A DNA stretch of 32,000 nt from Candidatus Velamenicoccus archaeovorus (GTDB lineage Bacteria > Omnitrophota > Gorgyraeia > Velamenicoccales > Velamenicoccaceae): the NCBI RefSeq assembly GCF_004102945.1, contig NZ_CP019384.1, positions 1,260,001 through 1,292,000 of the forward strand. Reading direction: 5' to 3'. Under the pieces are notes generated by a model. That model was not told the DNA's origin, did not search any database, and worked only from the letters and a program-made list of their open reading frames with translations. This document shows, in pieces, positions 26,493 to 32,000 of the stretch; the first letter of the stretch is position 1; every line of letters begins with the position of its first letter. A program made the position numbers and the translations under genes.

Positions 26493-27344
26493 TTATTTGT
26501 CGACGGTGAGCCCGTCCCGCGTGACAACGACATGCTTGAGCGTCTGCCCCGGCCGGCCGATCCTCTCTAAGATCCTGCCGTTCAATTCCAGCTCAACGGC
26601 ACCCGCGTTGCCGATCATCATCTCGATCTTCTTGGCCGCCGTCCAGCTCTCCGCGGCGCCGCGCGCCAGGACATTCTGAAAAACAACCCTGCCGTCCACC
26701 TTCACCTGGAGCCATGTCTTGGCCCTGGCGCGCACGACAAGAACGACCTTCTCAAAAATTGCCGGGGCCGAGGCGTTTACCGCTGTTTTTTGCGAAACAG
26801 CGGACGTTGTCTTCTTTTGGGACCCAACGACGCTCTTCTTTTGCGCTTTTTCGGAAAATTTGACTTGCGCCTGCACGGACGGCTTCTGGGATTTCTTGCG
26901 GCCCATCACCTGAAAAAGGGTTTTGAAACCCCAAAAAACAACCGCACACAGCACGACGATCACGACGATCTTGATATCTATTTTCTTGATGCCGGCAACC
27001 GCGCCCCGCAAGACAGCAGAAAAAAGATTTGTTCCATCCGCCTGCGCCGCCGCCCCGGGGATGACCACCTTCGGGACGCCCCGGACCCGCTGGGACGCAG
27101 GGGCAGTTCCGGCGAAACGCTCGATGATATCGCTCTTGTCCAAACTCAGAAATTCCGCGTAGATCTTCAAGAACCCCTTGGCATACACCATGTCCATGGA
27201 AGCAAAATCGTCCGCCTCGATCTTTTTAAGCACATTGACGTGAATATGCGTCGAGCGGCTCGCTTCCTCCAGGGAGATCCCCTTGGCTTCGCGCGTCTCT
27301 TTGAGCATCGCTCCGGCGGATTTTATGAATTTACTGTCCGGCAT
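26493..27344 (-). CDS. rodZ: RodZ-like cytoskeleton protein (HTH, TM, DUF4115)
   Basis: N-terminal XRE-type HTH (LKETREAKGISLEEASRSTHIHVNVLKKIEADDF), one TM helix (IKIVVIVVLCAVVFWGF), and a C-terminal DUF4115-like beta domain (WLQVKVDGRVVFQNVL...GNAGAVELELNG). ATG 27344 preferred. Confidence 0.8.
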   Translation of the reverse strand: MPDSKFIKSAGAMLKETREAKGISLEEASRSTHIHVNVLKKIEADDFASMDMVYAKGFLKIYAEFLSLDKSDIIERFAGTAPASQRVRGVPKVVIPGAAAQADGTNLFSAVLRGAVAGIKKIDIKIVVIVVLCAVVFWGFKTLFQVMGRKKSQKPSVQAQVKFSEKAQKKSVVGSQKKTTSAVSQKTAVNASAPAIFEKVVLVVRARAKTWLQVKVDGRVVFQNVLARGAAESWTAAKKIEMMIGNAGAVELELNGRILERIGRPGQTLKHVVVTRDGLTVDK

Positions 27345-29550
27345 CTGAATCCACTCTCTCTTTGGCCATCTGGTCTTTAAGCCATTGTTCCCTGTCCACA
27401 AGGATATCCCTGGGCTTGGAGCCCACATAGGGCCCGACCAACCCTTCCTGCTCCATCATATCGATCAGGCGCGCGGCGCGCGTATAGCCCAGGCGCAGGC
27501 GCCTCTGGATGATGGAAACGGACGCCTGCCCTGTCTCGATCACCAATTTCGCCGCCGTGTCGTATAATTCATCTTTTTCCAGCATGCCGCCCACCTGCGC
27601 CTGGTCCTGGATCTTCAGGATCGTTTCGTCGTAAACAGGCTGGGCCTGTTTCTTGATAAATTCCAGGACTTTTTCGATTTCCGCATCCTTCACGTAAGAG
27701 CTTTGCGCGCGGATCGGCTTGGCCTGACCCGGCTCCAGGAATAAAAGATCGCCGCGACCCAAAAGCTTGTCGGCGCCATTCATGTCCAGGACCGTGCGGG
27801 AGTCCACTTTGGAAGCTACCTTAAAAGAAATGCGCGCCGGAAAGTTCGCCTTGATCACGCCCGTGATGACGTCCACCGAAGGCCTCTGCGTCGCCAGGAC
27901 CAGATGGATGCCGACGGCCCTGGACAGCTGGGCGAGCCTGGCGATGGCGCTCTCCACCTGGTCGCGGACCACCATCATCAGATCCGCCAACTCGTCGATA
28001 AACACGATGATATAGGGAAGCTTCTGTTTGCGCTGGTTATAGGTCTCGATGTTGCGCACCCCTTCTTTGGCCAGAAGCTGGTAGCGCTCGTCCATCTCGG
28101 AGGTGACCCACATCAAGGCCGTCGCCACTTTCTTGGGATCCGTCACAACGGGGCACAGCATGTGCGGCAGGCCGTTATAGGGGGCCAATTCCACCATCTT
28201 CGGATCCACCATCAGAAACTTCACATCCGACGGTGTCGCATTAAAAAGGATAGACATGATGATACCGTTAACGCAGACCGTCTTGCCGGAACCCGTGGTC
28301 CCTGCGATCAAGAGATGCGGCATGGCGCCCAGATCCGTCACGATCGGCTTGCCCGCCGTATCCTTGCCGATGGCCAGGGTCAGCTTCGAATCGGCGCGGC
28401 GAAAATCATCGCTCGCCAAGACCTCTTTTAAAAAAACCATGCTCGTCTGCGTATTGGGGACCTCGACACCCACCCGGTTCTTGCCGGGAATGGGCGCCTC
28501 GATACGCACGGAAGGCGCCTTCATCGTCATCGCAATGTCGTCGGAAAGATTAACAATCCTCTGGATCTTGACGCCGGGGGCAGGCTCCAGCTCATAGCGC
28601 GTGATCACGGGGCCGCGCTCGATATCAGCCACACGCACGGAAAGCCCGAAGTCGCTTAAGGTATCCTCAAGGATCTTGGCGTTTTCCGCCAAATCTTCCT
28701 TCATCTGGCGCACAGAGACGGGCGGCGGCGACTCCAAAAGATCTATGGACGGCAAGACGTAGTCTTCGTCGGAAACCTCGCGGATAGGTTCCTTGTCTTT
28801 CATGGTCTCAGGCTTAGGCTTGGCGATCTTGATGTTAAGCGGCGCATCGAATTCTTTCTTTTCCTGCGCGGCGTCGCGGTTTTCCGTAAAATCCTTGATC
28901 GCCGGCTTTTCCTGCGGCAAGGATTTTTCTTTCACGATGCCGCGTGACAGACGCGCAGCCGTCTTCGCCCGTTCCTTCCTGCCGCCTGATGCGGCCCTCG
29001 CATCCCTCCAGGCCTCGAAACGTTCCAGCAACCGGTCAAAAAAGGCGGCAAAAAACGGGATAACAAGGATCTCGCCGATCAAAGGCAAGGAGAGTAATCC
29101 GAGCATGAGAAGAATGACGTAGGCGCCGGCCCGTCCGAAATAATGCATCAGGAAATCGGAAAAGACCAAACCCACGATGCCGCCGCGGCCGAAACGCGCC
29201 GTCGCCTGGTCCACAAAGAAAAGCGCCAGAAACGAAGATAGGGAAACGGCCAAGATCAGGATCCCGAGGAGTTTGACGACATTGGTGCGGATCTCCTCGG
29301 CCCGAACGAACTTCAGACCCCAGAGAAAGAGAAAAACGGGAAAAAGGTATGATGCCCAGCCGAAGATGAAAAAAAAGAAACCCGACAGATATGCCCCGAA
29401 GACATTGATCAGGTTCTTCGGAGGGATATTCGGGTTGGAGGTGTAAAAAGACAGGTCGGTCGGATGGTAGGAAACGAAGCTCAAGAAGACGAGAACCGTC
29501 AGGGCAAAGATGAATATGCCGATGATCTCTAAAACGTGTTCCCTTTTCAT
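27331..29550 (-). CDS. ftsK: DNA translocase FtsK/SpoIIIE
   Basis: Four or five N-terminal TM helices, a linker, the motor domain with Walker A GTTGSGKTV and Walker B FIDELADL, and a C-terminal gamma winged-helix (SVSIIQRRLRLGYTRAARLIDMMEQEG). ATG 29550 is preferred over TTG 29595. Confidence 0.94.
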   Translation of the reverse strand: MKREHVLEIIGIFIFALTVLVFLSFVSYHPTDLSFYTSNPNIPPKNLINVFGAYLSGFFFFIFGWASYLFPVFLFLWGLKFVRAEEIRTNVVKLLGILILAVSLSSFLALFFVDQATARFGRGGIVGLVFSDFLMHYFGRAGAYVILLMLGLLSLPLIGEILVIPFFAAFFDRLLERFEAWRDARAASGGRKERAKTAARLSRGIVKEKSLPQEKPAIKDFTENRDAAQEKKEFDAPLNIKIAKPKPETMKDKEPIREVSDEDYVLPSIDLLESPPPVSVRQMKEDLAENAKILEDTLSDFGLSVRVADIERGPVITRYELEPAPGVKIQRIVNLSDDIAMTMKAPSVRIEAPIPGKNRVGVEVPNTQTSMVFLKEVLASDDFRRADSKLTLAIGKDTAGKPIVTDLGAMPHLLIAGTTGSGKTVCVNGIIMSILFNATPSDVKFLMVDPKMVELAPYNGLPHMLCPVVTDPKKVATALMWVTSEMDERYQLLAKEGVRNIETYNQRKQKLPYIIVFIDELADLMMVVRDQVESAIARLAQLSRAVGIHLVLATQRPSVDVITGVIKANFPARISFKVASKVDSRTVLDMNGADKLLGRGDLLFLEPGQAKPIRAQSSYVKDAEIEKVLEFIKKQAQPVYDETILKIQDQAQVGGMLEKDELYDTAAKLVIETGQASVSIIQRRLRLGYTRAARLIDMMEQEGLVGPYVGSKPRDILVDREQWLKDQMAKERVDSDAGQ

Positions 29551-29590
29551 CCCATATCCCCGGAGCCCCGTCCCTGAGGGATCAGTGAAA

Positions 29591-29660
29591 CACAAAACTC
29601 TAAACCCTAAACTCTAAATCCTAAACAAACACAAAACACAAAACTCAAATACCCAAAGAA
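29591..29660. repeat. Heptad micro-repeat (NNCTAAA x4 plus degenerate A/C-rich units)
   Basis: cacaaaa ctctaaa ccctaaa ctctaaa tcctaaa caaacac aaaacac aaaactc aaatacc caaagaa. It forms the left arm of a long imperfect hairpin with 29666-29705. Confidence 0.8.
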
Positions 29661-29816
29661 AAAATTTTGGATTTTAGGTTTGGGGTGTTTCGGATTTGTT
29701 TAGGGCCCTCCTTAAAGAGGTATGCGGAGGCCCACCCCTTGCGGGTAGAGTTTAGTCTGTCTGCCCGCGGCTTCGCTGCGAGGCAAGCCGGTAGGCAGGG
29801 ATTTAGGACTTAGAGT

Positions 29817-31925
29817 TTATTTTTCGGACTTGGCCTGTTTTTTGCTCAGATTGATGCGGCCGAGCTCATCGATACTGATGACCTTCACATCGATCTCGTC
29901 GCCGATCTTGACGACATCCTCGACGTTCTTGACGTATTTATCGTCGAGTTCCTTGACGTGGCAAAGCCCTTCCTTGTTGGGCAGGATCTCGACAAACGCC
30001 CCGAAATTCATGATGCGCTTGACCTTGCCCCTGTAGATCTTGCCGATCTCGGCGTCTTCGGTGAGGCCCTTGATCATGTCGACGGCCCTCTGGGATGCGG
30101 CGCTGTCCGTCGATGCCACGAGGACCGAACCGTCATCCTCGACGTCGATGGCGACGCCCGTCAGCTCGATGATCTTGCGGATATTCTTGCCGCCCGGCCC
30201 GATCAAATCGCCGATCCGCTCCTGATTGATCTTCAGGTGGATGATCCGCGGCGCGTATTCCGAAAGCTCCTTGCGCGGCGCCTCCAGGACGGCCGTCATC
30301 TTATCAAGGATAAAATGACGTGCGGTTCTGGAACGCTCCAGCACTTCGCGGATGATATCAAAATCAATGCCGCTGATCTTCAGGTCCAGCTGGATCGCCG
30401 TGATCCCCTTGCGGGTACCGGCGATCTTGAAATCCATGTCCCCGTGATGATCTTCCAGGCCGGCGATATCCGTCAAAAGGAGATGCTTGGAATCCTCTTG
30501 CACCAGCCCCATAGCGATCCCTGCGACAGGTTCTTTGATCGGCACGCCCGCATCCATCAAAGACAAAGACGATGCACAGACCGTCGCCATGCTCGAAGAC
30601 CCATTGGACTCCAGGATCTCGGAAACGACGCGCACGGTGTAAGGGAATTCTTCCGGCGTCGGCATGACCGCCTTCAAGGACTTTTCCGCCAGGGCGCCGT
30701 GGCCGATTTCACGCCGGCCGGCCCCCCTGACAGGCTTGACTTCGCCGACAGAAAACGGAGGAAAATTATAATGGAGCATAAACTTCTTATAGCTCTTGCC
30801 TTCCAGGGCTTCGATGAGTTGTTCATCCGCACGCGTGCCCAGAGTGGTCACCGCCAGGCTTTGTGTCTGTCCACGGGTAAACAATCCCGAACCGTGCGTC
30901 CGCGGCAAATTACCGACCTCACAACTGATGGCACGGACCTCGTCGAATTTGCGGCCGTCTACGCGGCGATTCTCTTCCAGCGCAAGCTTACGGATCTCTT
31001 CGCTTTCTATCTCATCCAGGGCTGCCTTAATATCCTTCTCGCTGATCTGGTCTTCCCCCTCTTTCTCAACGCAAAAACGTTCCGTCACATCTTTATAAAG
31101 CATCTGGACCGCTTCCATACGCGCTTCTTTCTGAGCGATCTTGCAATTCTCTTTCACGCGATTCATATAAGCGGCTTTGATGCTCTTGACGAGCTCCGGG
31201 CTGACGGCGCGGTCTTCATAGCTCATCTTTTCCCGGCCGCACGCCTTAATCAAATCCTCCTGGATCTTAATGGAAACCTGAAGCTGCTCGTGGCCGAATT
31301 TCAAGGCTTCATACACCACCGCTTCTTCCAGCCCCTTGGCCTCTCCTTCGATCATGATGACTTTTTTACGGTTGCCCACAACGACCAAGTCCAAGTCGCT
31401 CGCTTCGCGCTGGGCATACGTCGGATTAACGACCAGCTTACCATCCACGCGTCCGATACGGACGGCGCCAATCGGCCCTTCAAAAGGAATCTGCGAGATC
31501 CCCAGGGCCGCGGAGGCGCCGATAACAGCCAGGACGTCGGGATCATTCTCTGCGTCGCTGGAAAGGACCAGAGCGATCACCTGGACGTCATTCCTGAAAC
31601 CGCATGGAAATAAGGGACGGACCGGCCTGTCGATGAGGCGCGAGATCAGGATCTCGCTCTCCGATGGACGGCCTTCGCGCTTGAAGAACCCTCCGGGGAT
31701 CCTGCCTGCGGCATAAGTCTTTTCCTGGTATTCGACGGTCAAAGGAAAAAAATCGATCCCTTCCCTGATGTCCTTGGACACACAGGCCGTCACGAGGACC
31801 ACCGAATCGCCCATCTGCACGGTCACGGCGCCGTCAGCCTGCTTGGCCAGTTTTCCCGTCGATAAAATCAAATTCTTGTCCCCAAATGGGGCTTCCACTT
31901 TTTCGATTTTTGGATTCATAGTCAT
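29817..31925 (-). CDS. pnp: Polyribonucleotide nucleotidyltransferase (PNPase)
   Basis: 702 aa with two RNase PH-like domains, a KH domain (IGPGGKNIRKI) and an S1 domain (GKVKRIMNFGAFVEI). It begins ...LSTGKLAKQADGAV. Confidence 0.96.
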   Translation of the reverse strand: MTMNPKIEKVEAPFGDKNLILSTGKLAKQADGAVTVQMGDSVVLVTACVSKDIREGIDFFPLTVEYQEKTYAAGRIPGGFFKREGRPSESEILISRLIDRPVRPLFPCGFRNDVQVIALVLSSDAENDPDVLAVIGASAALGISQIPFEGPIGAVRIGRVDGKLVVNPTYAQREASDLDLVVVGNRKKVIMIEGEAKGLEEAVVYEALKFGHEQLQVSIKIQEDLIKACGREKMSYEDRAVSPELVKSIKAAYMNRVKENCKIAQKEARMEAVQMLYKDVTERFCVEKEGEDQISEKDIKAALDEIESEEIRKLALEENRRVDGRKFDEVRAISCEVGNLPRTHGSGLFTRGQTQSLAVTTLGTRADEQLIEALEGKSYKKFMLHYNFPPFSVGEVKPVRGAGRREIGHGALAEKSLKAVMPTPEEFPYTVRVVSEILESNGSSSMATVCASSLSLMDAGVPIKEPVAGIAMGLVQEDSKHLLLTDIAGLEDHHGDMDFKIAGTRKGITAIQLDLKISGIDFDIIREVLERSRTARHFILDKMTAVLEAPRKELSEYAPRIIHLKINQERIGDLIGPGGKNIRKIIELTGVAIDVEDDGSVLVASTDSAASQRAVDMIKGLTEDAEIGKIYRGKVKRIMNFGAFVEILPNKEGLCHVKELDDKYVKNVEDVVKIGDEIDVKVISIDELGRINLSKKQAKSEK

Positions 31926-31927
31926 GA

Positions 31928-32000
31928 TTATTTACGCAGTCCCAGCTTTGAAAGGAGCTCTTCATACTTTTTGGTGTCGTGTTTTTTAAGGTATGAGAGC
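31928..32000 (-). CDS. rpsO: 30S ribosomal protein S15 (C-terminal 23 codons; 5' part outside the window)
   Basis: My minus-strand translation LSYLKKHDTKKYEELLSKLGLRK* matches the S15 C-terminal pattern (...Y..L...LGLR). The stop is 2 nt before the pnp ATG. Confidence 0.8.
   Translation of the reverse strand, partial: LSYLKKHDTKKYEELLSKLGLRK

Noticed and set aside
29591-29660. Telomere-type CCCTAAA repeats as evidence of a linear replicon end or eukaryotic contamination
   Set aside because: There are only four imperfect heptads, embedded between two bacterial housekeeping genes and forming part of a hairpin. The flanking sequence is ordinary bacterial DNA.
29958-31613. 551-aa plus-strand ORF
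   Set aside because: It lies entirely antisense to pnp, which has unmistakable RNase PH/KH/S1 content. It is a shadow ORF.

Overview
No tools were run; every call below comes from reading the sequence and the ORF track and from motif recognition, and no database was searched.

This is a moderately GC-rich bacterial chromosome segment, almost entirely housekeeping genes, nearly all on the minus strand.

Gene order, read right to left (all minus strand unless marked):
- rpsO (partial)-pnp
- ftsK-rodZ-rimO-pgsA-pgpA
- a PilB/GspE-type ATPase lacking its N1 domain, followed by a separate MshEN/T2SSE_N protein
- pncC-thpR (plus strand)
- sigma70 promoter, FMN riboswitch, terminator, then ribBA-ribH
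- nusB-PHP phosphoesterase-ribD-ribE
- tRNA-Pro(CGG)
- acyP-metallophosphoesterase-ligA-lipoprotein-MBL hydrolase-xerD-cca
- rbfA-nrnA-truB-ribF
- mraZ-PilZ-rsmH-ftsL-ftsI (partial)

I saw no transposase, prophage, CRISPR array, toxin-antitoxin pair or recognisable defence genes.

The material the gene list does not explain is intergenic:
- A hairpin-dense 273-bp element is present twice at about 96% identity (4061-4333 and 23653-23925). Short modules of it recur in other spacers.
- A roughly 370-bp imperfect inverted repeat has one arm that contains the rbfA Shine-Dalgarno.
- Nested direct repeats and a decayed tRNA 5' half flank tRNA-Pro.
- Three strong hairpins lie between ribBA and ribH.
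- A heptad-repeat/long-hairpin spacer lies between pnp and ftsK.

Gene-level oddities:
- A PilZ c-di-GMP receptor is inserted between mraZ and rsmH.
- The split, order-permuted PilB has a textbook MshEN c-di-GMP motif.
- A PHP phosphoesterase is translationally coupled to ribD.
- The FMN riboswitch is unusually expanded, with a long-range anti-terminator.

I did not recognise a clear-cut novel multi-gene system. The 273-nt repeated structured element is the best candidate for something undescribed.
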